Below the pieces are notes generated by a model. It did not search any database and was not told the DNA's origin. It saw only the letters and a list, made by a program, of their open reading frames with translations. The translations under genes and the position numbers were made by a program. Shown piece after piece: positions 23,537 through 31,716 of a stretch of DNA of 32,000 nt (its first letter is position 1; the number at the start of each line of letters is the position of its first letter). The DNA is from Candidatus Iainarchaeum sp. (GTDB lineage Archaea; Iainarchaeota; Iainarchaeia; Iainarchaeales; JAZDEL01), in the NCBI GenBank assembly GCA_043808785.1, contig JAZDEL010000010.1, forward strand, positions 1-32,000, written 5' to 3'.

Positions 23537-24337
23537 ATGAAAAAGGTAGTTGTTTTTTTCGATATCGAAGCAAACCTTGTGAGCCAGGGCGGGGACAACA
23601 AGGGCTACATAGAGGCGTGCCTGAAAACCCTGCAGAAGCACGGTGTGCATGCAACGCTAAATGTTTGCGGCAGTGTTGTGAAACAATATCCCGAAATTTT
23701 CAGGAAAGCCGCGCTCGCGGGGCACGAGATTGCCTCCCACGGCTACTCGCACGAGAACTTTCTGGAACTGCGCGCGGAGGAACTGAACCTTGCGCTAGAA
23801 AAAGCGGAGCGAGAAATAGAAAATGCGTGCGGAGCAAGGCCTCTGGGCGTACGCAGCCCGTGGCTTTACATGAACCGCGGAGTTTATTCCGTTTTCAGTT
23901 CACGCGGCTATCTTTGGGCAAGCAACCGCAGGATGCGCATGCCCGAAATAGTTAAGCACCCGTCGCTCCAGCCGGATGCAAGCCTCGCATACCGCGCCAA
24001 CGCGTTCCTCATGCGCACATACCTTTCGTTTCAGGGGCTCTGGTTCCCCAAGGCGCCATATGTGCTTGACGGTGTGCTTGAGATTCCGCTCCTCTCCTCC
24101 ATGGACGGGGAACTCCTCGGCCTTGTTGACCCCAACCAGGAAAGCAGCGAACAGGCTGTTGAATACGCCATTGCCTCGCTTAAGAAGCAGTTCCTGCGTT
24201 CCAAGGGGCACTTTAATCTTACATTCCACGACTGGGTAATAGGTTCCGCAAACCGCACAAAAGTTCTTGACGAACTTCTGCGCTTCATGAAATCGCAGGG
24301 CGCGGAATTTTTTACCGCTTCAGAACTCCTGAAATGA
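23537..24337 (+). CDS. polysaccharide deacetylase (CE4/NodB-fold) family protein
   Basis: FFDIEAN (motif 1 variant); HEIASHGYSHENF (H-x-x-x-H metal motif); VRSPW (RxPY-like); TFHDW. Confidence 0.72.
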   Translation: MKKVVVFFDIEANLVSQGGDNKGYIEACLKTLQKHGVHATLNVCGSVVKQYPEIFRKAALAGHEIASHGYSHENFLELRAEELNLALEKAEREIENACGARPLGVRSPWLYMNRGVYSVFSSRGYLWASNRRMRMPEIVKHPSLQPDASLAYRANAFLMRTYLSFQGLWFPKAPYVLDGVLEIPLLSSMDGELLGLVDPNQESSEQAVEYAIASLKKQFLRSKGHFNLTFHDWVIGSANRTKVLDELLRFMKSQGAEFFTASELLK

Positions 24338-25487
24338 CCCTTTCCATTTCCGCGCCTATCGCTTTTGTAGAGAACCTTTCATTGTAGGTTTTCCGCGCGC
24401 CTTCCGATATTTTTTTTCCGAGCGCGGGGCTCTTCCTGAGTGCGAGTATTGAATCCGCAAGTTTGCGCGCGTTTTCAGGTTCGACAAGCAGCATGTTTTT
24501 CCCGCTTTCGCCAATCTCCCTTATTCCCGCGCCTTCGCAGGTTATCAGCGGCCTGCCCATTGCCATTATTTCAAACGCCTTTGTCGGGATTACGCGCCCT
24601 ATTTTTTCAACCCTGCTGAAGTGCCCGAGGCAAACATCGGCTTCGGCAATCATCTGCGGCAGGCGCGCATGCTCCGCCCATCCCGTGAATTCCGTGTTTT
24701 TGAGTTTCAGTTCAGCGGCAAGAGATTTTAATTCCGCTTCCTGAGGCCCGCTGCCCGCGATTGTGAACTGCACTCCCTTCTCCTTCTCGAGCAGTTTTGC
24801 CGCGCGCAGTATTGCCTCAACGCCCTGCCCGGGCCTGAGCGAGCCGTAGAAGAGCACAGTGAATGCTGCGCTGTTTTTTTGTTTTTGCAGTGCGCCTTTT
24901 CCCGAAGCCCCGCCGCATTTTTCTTCCCGCCCCCCTTTCCCGAATATTTCCTCGTCGAGCCCCACAAAAACCCTCGCGAATTTTTCCTTCCTTATGCCGA
25001 AAGTGCGGGAGAAATATTCCGCGTGCGCATTTGTGTCCAGGATTATCTTGTCCGCTAGCATGCAGGGTATTTTGTCGAGCCAGAAATAAAGCCCTGCCTG
25101 AAGCGATTTTTTCCCGGCGTAACCGCGCTGGAACACAAGGTTATCGTAAGCGGAAAGGAAAGGGAAATAAATTATTTTTTTGCCGCGCAGTTTCGCGAGC
25201 GGCCATGCAAGCAGCATATCCAGGTTGCCGGGGTAGAGCACGGCAACGGCGTCGTGCTTTCCCGCACCGAAATATTTTGCAGCAAGTTTTGCCGCTGTCG
25301 GCACATATCTGAGGAGATGGCCCGCGATTTTTCCCGCGCTTGTGAAGTTCTCCGCCCTGTTCCTGTCGAACTTCCAGAATTCCGCGTGCGCCTCGGCAAC
25401 CTCGACGCCGTTCCGCCGCAGCCCCCCGATTTTGGTTTTGTTGAACGCCCACTTTCCGTCATATGTGCCGAAAAAGAGTACGCGCAT
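24312..25487 (-). CDS. GT4 (GT-B, 'group 1') glycosyltransferase
   Basis: MRVLFFGTY at the N-terminus. The C-terminal Rossmann half reads FTIAGSGP...KAFEIMAMGRPLITCEGAGIREI (EX7E-type). A low-complexity inter-domain linker reads GKGGREEKCGGASGKG. The 3' end overlaps the convergent CE4 gene by 26 nt. Confidence 0.85.
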   Translation of the reverse strand: MRVLFFGTYDGKWAFNKTKIGGLRRNGVEVAEAHAEFWKFDRNRAENFTSAGKIAGHLLRYVPTAAKLAAKYFGAGKHDAVAVLYPGNLDMLLAWPLAKLRGKKIIYFPFLSAYDNLVFQRGYAGKKSLQAGLYFWLDKIPCMLADKIILDTNAHAEYFSRTFGIRKEKFARVFVGLDEEIFGKGGREEKCGGASGKGALQKQKNSAAFTVLFYGSLRPGQGVEAILRAAKLLEKEKGVQFTIAGSGPQEAELKSLAAELKLKNTEFTGWAEHARLPQMIAEADVCLGHFSRVEKIGRVIPTKAFEIMAMGRPLITCEGAGIREIGESGKNMLLVEPENARKLADSILALRKSPALGKKISEGARKTYNERFSTKAIGAEMERVISGVLKR

Positions 25488-25556
25488 CGAATCAGCCTGC
25501 CGCTCGCGTTATGCACCCGCATTCCTGTGCCGGGCATGCATTTTTCCCGCAGAGCC

Positions 25557-26531
25557 TTATGCCCCCTTTACCCCGCTCTTCCTCAGCCTGTAGAGGATTT
25601 CCTCCTGCATCTTCCTCTGCCTCTCGTTCATGTCTGCCAGGAGGGCAAGCACCACGAGCAGGAACCCGATGAGCAGCAGCATGCCCGCTACGGAAATAAG
25701 CGAGGTGTAGGGAGAGGTCATCCCCGTGCTTAGCCAGTGCAGGAAAACCGCGCCGCCAATTGCAAGGCCAAGCGCAAGGAAGCCCGCGCCTATGCTTGCG
25801 AAAAACTCCAATGGCTTATAATCGCGCACGGTCCTCACGATAATAACAAGCGCCCTTATGCCGTATGAAAACACGTTCCCCACAACCCTGCTTTTTCCCT
25901 CCCTTGCGCCCTTTACCCTGAAAGGCATTTCCATAATCCTGCAGCCGCTGTTCGCAAGCCCGAGGAAAACCTCCTGGGTGTATGTGTATTTGTGGAACAA
26001 TGTCATCTTCATTGCAGCTTCCCTCGAATATGCGCGGAAGCCGCACTGCGTGTCCGTGAAATTCCCGCCCGTGAATTTGTTCACGAGCCATGTGAAGACC
26101 GAATTCCCGAACTTCTTGATCCGCGGCATTTCGGGTTCAAGCCCCTTATCCAAAAACCTGCTGCAGCTCACCATGCCCGCCTCTCCCCTCAATATGGGCT
26201 GCACAATCTTCGCAATGTCCGCGGAATCGAACTGCCCGTCCGCGTCTATGTTCACAATCACGTCCGCGCCCATTTCAAGCGCCTTCTCAATTCCTGTGGA
26301 GAACGCAACCCCCAGGCCGCGGTTCATGCCGTGGCTGAAAACAGTTGCGCCCTTTGCCTTTGCCGCCGCAACCGTGCCGTCAGTGCTGCCGTCGTCCACA
26401 ACAAGAACGCTGGTTTTGCTTATGCCACTTATTTCCTTCGGCACGTCGGCTATAACCGCGCCTATGGTTTTTTCCTCGTTCAGCGCGGGAACCATTACAA
26501 CCAGATGCATTCCCTTTGAAGCGCCTTTCAA
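25557..26531 (-). CDS. GT2 polyprenyl-phosphate sugar synthase (GtrB/DPM1-like) with C-terminal TM anchor
   Basis: VVMVPALNEEKTI; VVDDGSTDGT; VNIDADGQFD. Two C-terminal hydrophobic helices. TTG 26531 has AAGGTGG 6 nt upstream; ATG 26510 is the alternative. Confidence 0.85.
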   Translation of the reverse strand: MKGASKGMHLVVMVPALNEEKTIGAVIADVPKEISGISKTSVLVVDDGSTDGTVAAAKAKGATVFSHGMNRGLGVAFSTGIEKALEMGADVIVNIDADGQFDSADIAKIVQPILRGEAGMVSCSRFLDKGLEPEMPRIKKFGNSVFTWLVNKFTGGNFTDTQCGFRAYSREAAMKMTLFHKYTYTQEVFLGLANSGCRIMEMPFRVKGAREGKSRVVGNVFSYGIRALVIIVRTVRDYKPLEFFASIGAGFLALGLAIGGAVFLHWLSTGMTSPYTSLISVAGMLLLIGFLLVVLALLADMNERQRKMQEEILYRLRKSGVKGA

Positions 26532-26559
26532 GATGTTCCACCTTTATGCAAGTTTCAAA

Positions 26560-26569
26560 TTTGTACCAA
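26560..26569 (-). promoter_or_regulatory. TTGGTACAAA motif, copy d (minus orientation)
   Basis: The plus strand reads TTTGTACCAA in the AT-rich divergent GT2/GT-C spacer. On the GT2 strand it lies between an AT box (CTAATAAAT) and the SD/TTG start. Confidence 0.35.
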
Positions 26570-26679
26570 TAGCATTTATTAGAAATTTGTGGGGTTATAT
26601 CCTATATTATAATTATCGTTTCCCCTTGTTTAAAATAGTAATGGTACGGTTCTGGAACCCGTTTAGGGCAGGTGCAAAA

Positions 26680-28212
26680 ATGCAAATCGACAGGGACAGC
26701 CTCCTCAATGCCGCAATTCTCATCGTGCTCTTCGCGCGCCTTTTCTCGCTCGCGGTGCTGCCCGAGGCTGCGTATGCGGACTCGTTCAGGCACGTTATGA
26801 TATCGCAGGATATCATGAACTACGGAACCCTTGACATGGCAGATAACATCGACAGCCCGCTTTGGTGGGTTCCCCCACCGCTTTATTACCTTGTTTTCTC
26901 CTCGGTTTTTTTCCTTACAGGCCTGCCGATTGGCCAGTACATAATCAAAATCCTGCCGTTATTTTTTGCAGTGGTTCAGCTGCTGCTTTTCTTCCTCGTC
27001 TCCCGCAAACTGTTCGCGGAAAACTGGAAAGTGCCGTTCGCGCTTTTCGCGGCTTTCCCGCTTGTGATACGCTACGGGTCGGTTAATTACGCCGAAAACC
27101 TGGCGCTGATTTTCGTGCTTGCATGCACGCTCCTTGCGCTGCGCATAAGGGATGCACGCAAGCCCGTAACCCTGCTATCCCTAGTCCCGCTTGCCTTCTG
27201 CCTCGGTGCGCTCTCGATATCGAAGCTCAACGGCGCGGTTCTTGTGCCGTTTTTGGCCGCCGCCGCTTATTATCTCCTGAAAAACGGCGCCGGCAAAAAA
27301 ACCGCCGCAATTTTTATTATTTTTTCCGCCCTGCTTTCCTCGGCTTGGTTTGCCGCGAATTACGTGAAATACGGCTATGCTGACAGGTCGTTTTACATTT
27401 CCCCGGCACTGCATGAAACAGGCGAATCAGACCTCTCGCTCCTCTCCGCGTTGCCGCAGAATCTGGCGATGCTTGCCTCGAGCCCGGAAATGCTTTCCGC
27501 GGGTTTCGTGCAGTTCTGGGACTTCCCGCCTTTCGGCCTCCTGCCCGAGCAATTTCTGCCGGCACTTGTGCTGGCATTTGCCCTGGTGGTTCTGCCGCTT
27601 TACTATGCGCTTTTCACAGGCGCATTATCCGCCGCAAGAACTAAGCGGTTCTTTTTTGCCCTCGGGGCGCTCGCAACCGCCGCCATTGCGGTGATGGTAA
27701 TTGCGAGGACGATTGACCTCTGGTATTTCAGGCTCCTTTTCCCTATTGTGCCGTTCATCGCAATCCTGTTCGGCTACGGCTGGCTCGAACTTAGAAAAAA
27801 TAAAACCGCACAGCGGCTTGTTTTCTTAGCACTCATGCTCTTCGCGTTGTATTCATTCGCATATACATCATACACAGCAATCTATTACGCGAACGACCAG
27901 GCAAACAGCGCATCGCTCTATGCGCAGATTGCGCTGCTCCCTGAGGATGCGAAAATTGCGATACAGCCTAACCTCCTGCATGCCGTGAACTTCATCTCGG
28001 GCAGGGATGCGATATGGAAGGAGATAGGGTTCAGTGCATCTTCCGCCACGGAACTGCACGCGAAATTGCTTTCATTCGGCGTAACCCATCTTGCAACCGT
28101 GTGCAGGAAAGACCCGTGGGATAAGGAAATGCTCGCAGAGCTGCAGTCGGAGGGAAAACTGCGCCTCCTCTTCCGCGAAAACTGCTCCGCGCTTTACGGG
28201 GTCGTGAAATAA
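26680..28212 (+). CDS. polytopic membrane protein, GT-C fold (GT39/PMT_2-like) glycosyltransferase candidate
   Basis: More than 10 hydrophobic segments. First loop reads EAAYADSFRHVMISQD. The C-terminal domain is soluble. AGGTG lies 5 nt before ATG 26680; ATG 26641 is the alternative. The 25858-26640 part of the ORF-track call is antisense to the GT2 gene and is rejected. Confidence 0.68.
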   Translation: MQIDRDSLLNAAILIVLFARLFSLAVLPEAAYADSFRHVMISQDIMNYGTLDMADNIDSPLWWVPPPLYYLVFSSVFFLTGLPIGQYIIKILPLFFAVVQLLLFFLVSRKLFAENWKVPFALFAAFPLVIRYGSVNYAENLALIFVLACTLLALRIRDARKPVTLLSLVPLAFCLGALSISKLNGAVLVPFLAAAAYYLLKNGAGKKTAAIFIIFSALLSSAWFAANYVKYGYADRSFYISPALHETGESDLSLLSALPQNLAMLASSPEMLSAGFVQFWDFPPFGLLPEQFLPALVLAFALVVLPLYYALFTGALSAARTKRFFFALGALATAAIAVMVIARTIDLWYFRLLFPIVPFIAILFGYGWLELRKNKTAQRLVFLALMLFALYSFAYTSYTAIYYANDQANSASLYAQIALLPEDAKIAIQPNLLHAVNFISGRDAIWKEIGFSASSATELHAKLLSFGVTHLATVCRKDPWDKEMLAELQSEGKLRLLFRENCSALYGVVK

Positions 28213-29748
28213 ATGGCTGAAAACAAAGCCCAAAGCGGCAAAGCGCAGTCCGCCGAAAAAAACTTCGGCGCAATGGATGTCGCGAAGAACTCCGGCGCAT
28301 TCGTGGCAGGGCGCTGGATCGGAAAACTGCTCGCGCTCGCAACTGTGCTTCTCCTCGCCCCATATCTCCTGCCCGAGCTCTTCGGCCAGTATTCCCTAAT
28401 CACCGCATTCCTCGGCTTCTTCCTTTTCCTTAACGATTTCGGCGTGTACAGTTTCATTGTCAGGGACATTTCAAGGGACGAGAGCAATGCATCGCACGTG
28501 CTTGGGACTGCCTTTGCACTGAAAGGCGTGCTTTCCCTGGCTGCAATTTCGCTTGCCGTACTCTCCGCCGCGCTTCTCGCATACCCCTGGGAAATAGTCC
28601 TCCTCGTGGCGATATATTCCCTCACAATCCTTATAGGCGGGCTGGGCTCGGTTTTCGGGATAGTGTTCAACACTGAACTCAGGGTAAAGTACAACGTCTA
28701 CACCGAACTCATAGAGCGCATATCGTACCTCGCGATAGCGCTTTTCGTAATGTACGCGCTCCCGAAAGAGCAGGCGATGTTCTGGCTGATATCCGGCCTT
28801 GTTGTGAGCGTCCTGCTTTCGAATATCGCGAGGTATTTTTTCTTCCGCAGGCTTGTTTCAGCCAAGCCGCAGTTCAAGTTCAGGCCGGAAATCAACCTTC
28901 CTTACTGGAAACGCCTTCTTAAGCAGTCGTGGCCATTCGCTTTCATAACCCTCTGCATAGCGATATACGGGCGCATAGACATTGTGATGCTTTCTAAAAT
29001 GGTCGGCGAGTCGGCAGTCGGCTACTACTCCTCCGGCTACAGGATTACCGACACCTTAATTCTCATCCCCACCGCGCTCATGGTCAGCCTTTTTCCGATA
29101 ATGTCCCACTACTTCTCCAAAAACAGGGAGAAGCTCGCGACAACGCACAGCCTTGCGCTGAAATATTTGGCAATGGTTATGCTGCCCGCGGCGATAGGCA
29201 CCACTTTCCTCTCGGATAAAATCCTGACATTCCTCTACGGCACGGGCTTCATCGGCTCGGAAACCGGCATGTTCCTTAGCCTCTCCCTGCTTATGTGGGC
29301 GGTGCTCTTCGCATTCTTCAATTACGTGAACAGCTACACCCTTAACTCCATGAACCTTGAAAAGGTCGGCGTTGCAGTGCTTTCCTGCGGGATAGTTGTG
29401 AAAGTGCTGCTCAACCTCTTTTTCATACCCGCATACTCCTATGTCGGATCCGCGTTCGCGACCCTCGCAACCGAGGCGCTGGTTTTCGCGGCGTTCACCG
29501 CGCTGGTTTGGAAGCACTTGGGCTGGGCAAAGCTCGGCATATTCGCGAGGCCGCTTGCCGCATCCGCGGTTATGCTTGCATTCATACTGCTGGCGCCGGT
29601 GCCCGAGCTGCTCGCAGTGGTGTCGATTGCGGCGCTGGTTTATTTCGTTTCGCTTTACGCCCTCGGCGCCTTCACGCAGCAGGACAAGGGCATAATTATG
29701 GGCGTGCTCACCGGCACCGGAATCGCTCAGCGCTTCCTCAAAAAATAG
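28213..29748 (+). CDS. Wzx-type (MOP superfamily) oligosaccharide/polysaccharide flippase
   Basis: About 12-14 TM segments. N-terminus reads NSGAFVAGRWIGKLLALATVLLLAPYLLPELFGQYSL. Length and topology are typical of the Polysacc_synt family. ATG abuts the upstream stop. Confidence 0.78.
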   Translation: MAENKAQSGKAQSAEKNFGAMDVAKNSGAFVAGRWIGKLLALATVLLLAPYLLPELFGQYSLITAFLGFFLFLNDFGVYSFIVRDISRDESNASHVLGTAFALKGVLSLAAISLAVLSAALLAYPWEIVLLVAIYSLTILIGGLGSVFGIVFNTELRVKYNVYTELIERISYLAIALFVMYALPKEQAMFWLISGLVVSVLLSNIARYFFFRRLVSAKPQFKFRPEINLPYWKRLLKQSWPFAFITLCIAIYGRIDIVMLSKMVGESAVGYYSSGYRITDTLILIPTALMVSLFPIMSHYFSKNREKLATTHSLALKYLAMVMLPAAIGTTFLSDKILTFLYGTGFIGSETGMFLSLSLLMWAVLFAFFNYVNSYTLNSMNLEKVGVAVLSCGIVVKVLLNLFFIPAYSYVGSAFATLATEALVFAAFTALVWKHLGWAKLGIFARPLAASAVMLAFILLAPVPELLAVVSIAALVYFVSLYALGAFTQQDKGIIMGVLTGTGIAQRFLKK

Positions 29749-30332
29749 ATTTTGTTGCAGGAATTTTCCATCCCTAATGCGATATTCACCGCAACCTTGA
29801 GCGGGTTTATGTAGTGGTTCACGCCCAATTCCTTCACAAATTCAAATCCGAATTTTGACGCAAGGTCGCGCACGGTCTGCGCCGTATACGGCCTCCTGTG
29901 CCCCGCCGCATCCCAGAAATTGTGCAGCATGAAAAGGTTCCTGATGTTGGGTGTCGACAAAATAAAAAATCCGCCGCTGTTGAGCGCCTTTGCCGCCCAC
30001 CTGAAATAGCCCTCAGCCTCGCCCTCCGTGAGGTGCTCTATTACCTCGGTCATCACAATAAAATCAAAGCCCTTCCCGAGCGAATTTATTTTTTTCGGCT
30101 CCACAACCCCGTAGCCTTTTGCCCGGGCCTTTTCCGCCTCCTGCTTATCCGGCTCGATGCCGGCCATTTCCGCATTCGGGTTTATCTTCCTCAGTTCGCC
30201 GAAGAACAGGCACCTCCCGCACCCTATGTCCGCAACCCTTTTAGCGGAGCGGAAATCCGCGCCTTCGAGTATTTTTTTGTGCGTCTTCCAGCTGTAATCT
30301 TTGCATTCCGCCATTTTTACCGCCCGAAACAT
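29727..30332 (-). CDS. class I SAM-dependent methyltransferase
   Basis: VADIGCGRCLF (motif I); FDFIVMTEVIEHL; GGFFILSTPN. The 3' end overlaps the convergent wzx gene by 22 nt. ATG 30314 is an alternative start. Confidence 0.8.
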   Translation of the reverse strand: MFRAVKMAECKDYSWKTHKKILEGADFRSAKRVADIGCGRCLFFGELRKINPNAEMAGIEPDKQEAEKARAKGYGVVEPKKINSLGKGFDFIVMTEVIEHLTEGEAEGYFRWAAKALNSGGFFILSTPNIRNLFMLHNFWDAAGHRRPYTAQTVRDLASKFGFEFVKELGVNHYINPLKVAVNIALGMENSCNKIYFLRKR

Positions 30333-30348
30333 TTTCCTTTTCCTGAAA

Positions 30349-31716
30349 TCACAGGTAACCGAGGCCCTTAAGCCTTTCCTTCACTTTGCCCTCAACAGGG
30401 TTCTCCACGTCAGCCCTTGCGGCTTCCGCAGCGCCCGCGTTTTCATAGCTCTCCACATATGCCGTGCCGCGTTCCGAAGAAAAGCCTTTCCCCAGCGCCT
30501 CTTCTGCGGCCTCGCCGTCCATGTCGCGCGCCTGCGGCATGCCCATCAATGCAAGCATTGTCGGCATTATATCCCGCACGGAAATTTTTCCTATCTCCCC
30601 CGCCTTCGCAAACCCCGCGCCCGAAAAAACCGAAATCCCCGGCGGCCCGAACATGTGCCCGCCGCTGTATTCCCCCTCCGCCTTGCTGCCCAGCGCCGCC
30701 TCTACGCCGTGGTCCGAGACTATTATGAAATTCGCATCGTCCCCCGCTGCGCGCATAACCCTGCCCAGGCATTCGTCCGCAAATTCATAGTAGTTCAAAA
30801 TCGCCTCCCCGAATTCCGAAATTTCCTCCCTTGTGACAACGCTGAAAAGTTCGGGGTGCATGTACTTCCAGCAGAAGTGCTGCATGCCGTCTATCCCGTA
30901 AAAATTAACCGCAAACACATCGGGCTTCTCCCTCTGCAGGAGTTCCTCCGCAACCGCGCAGTTGAGCTTGTCCCTCACATAGCCGAACTTCAGTATGTCA
31001 TACGGCTTCTTGTTTTCGTTCAGGCTCTTCACCGAGCGGAAAATTTCCATGCCCTTGCCCCCCGTGTTTATGAACCTTTTAATCTCGGCATCGCTTATCC
31101 GCATTGCGCTTTCCATTTTCTCCCGCACGAATGAGAATAGTTCGGCGGGGTATGCCGCCCTTTCCGCAAGTTCCCCCCCTCCCTTTCCCGCGTGTATCTC
31201 GCGCATCATCAGGTCTATGTTGTCCGTGACCATGAACCCGTTTACCTCCTCCGCGGGCCAGCTTATCATCCAGTCAACAACCCCCACCTTATATCCCGCG
31301 TCGCCGAATATGTTCCAGAACGCCTTCGCCCTCCTTGATGTAGAGTTTATTGTCGTGCCCTCCAGTATGCGCAGCGCGACAAGCGCCTTTACGCAAACCT
31401 GCAGCAGGTTCCTTGCGTACTTGTCCATCCTCATGTGGTAGCCGGGCCTCTTAAAATGCCCGAGCCTTTTCCCGAGCAGGGGAATGCGCCAGGTCATGAA
31501 GTCCTCTATTCCGTGCTTCTCCGCAACCTTTCCAGTCGCAATCGTGGTCCATATCACGGGGCTCCATGCAGGGGTTATTGTTTCCAGTTCCGCATGGCAG
31601 CCGTTGTCCATGAGTTTTTTAAGGTTCCTCAATCTTCCCTGCGCAACCATCGGATTTATGACGCCCCAGCTCGCGCCGTCCAGCCCTATAATTACGAGTT
31701 TAGTTTTTTGCCGCAT
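30349..31716 (-). CDS. alkaline-phosphatase-superfamily protein (type I phosphodiesterase/nucleotide pyrophosphatase-like)
   Basis: KLVIIGLDGASW; ITPAWSPVIWTTIATGKVAEKHGI (NPP-like nucleophile segment with Ser); IIVSDHG. ATG 31716 has GAGGGTG upstream; ATG 31737 (a TAATG overlap with the upstream stop) is the alternative. Confidence 0.78.
   Translation of the reverse strand: MRQKTKLVIIGLDGASWGVINPMVAQGRLRNLKKLMDNGCHAELETITPAWSPVIWTTIATGKVAEKHGIEDFMTWRIPLLGKRLGHFKRPGYHMRMDKYARNLLQVCVKALVALRILEGTTINSTSRRAKAFWNIFGDAGYKVGVVDWMISWPAEEVNGFMVTDNIDLMMREIHAGKGGGELAERAAYPAELFSFVREKMESAMRISDAEIKRFINTGGKGMEIFRSVKSLNENKKPYDILKFGYVRDKLNCAVAEELLQREKPDVFAVNFYGIDGMQHFCWKYMHPELFSVVTREEISEFGEAILNYYEFADECLGRVMRAAGDDANFIIVSDHGVEAALGSKAEGEYSGGHMFGPPGISVFSGAGFAKAGEIGKISVRDIMPTMLALMGMPQARDMDGEAAEEALGKGFSSERGTAYVESYENAGAAEAARADVENPVEGKVKERLKGLGYL

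Noticed and set aside
25858-26640. N-terminal 260 aa of the 784-aa ORF-track call
   Set aside because: This part is antisense to the GT2 gene at 25557-26531 and crosses an AT-rich promoter region. The membrane-protein signal begins only at MQIDRDSLL (26680), which has its own SD.
30301-31134. 277-aa + strand ORF, plus 6077-6676 and 8053-8700 on the minus strand
   Set aside because: All are antisense to well-supported genes, Arg/His/Pro-rich, and lack domain signatures.
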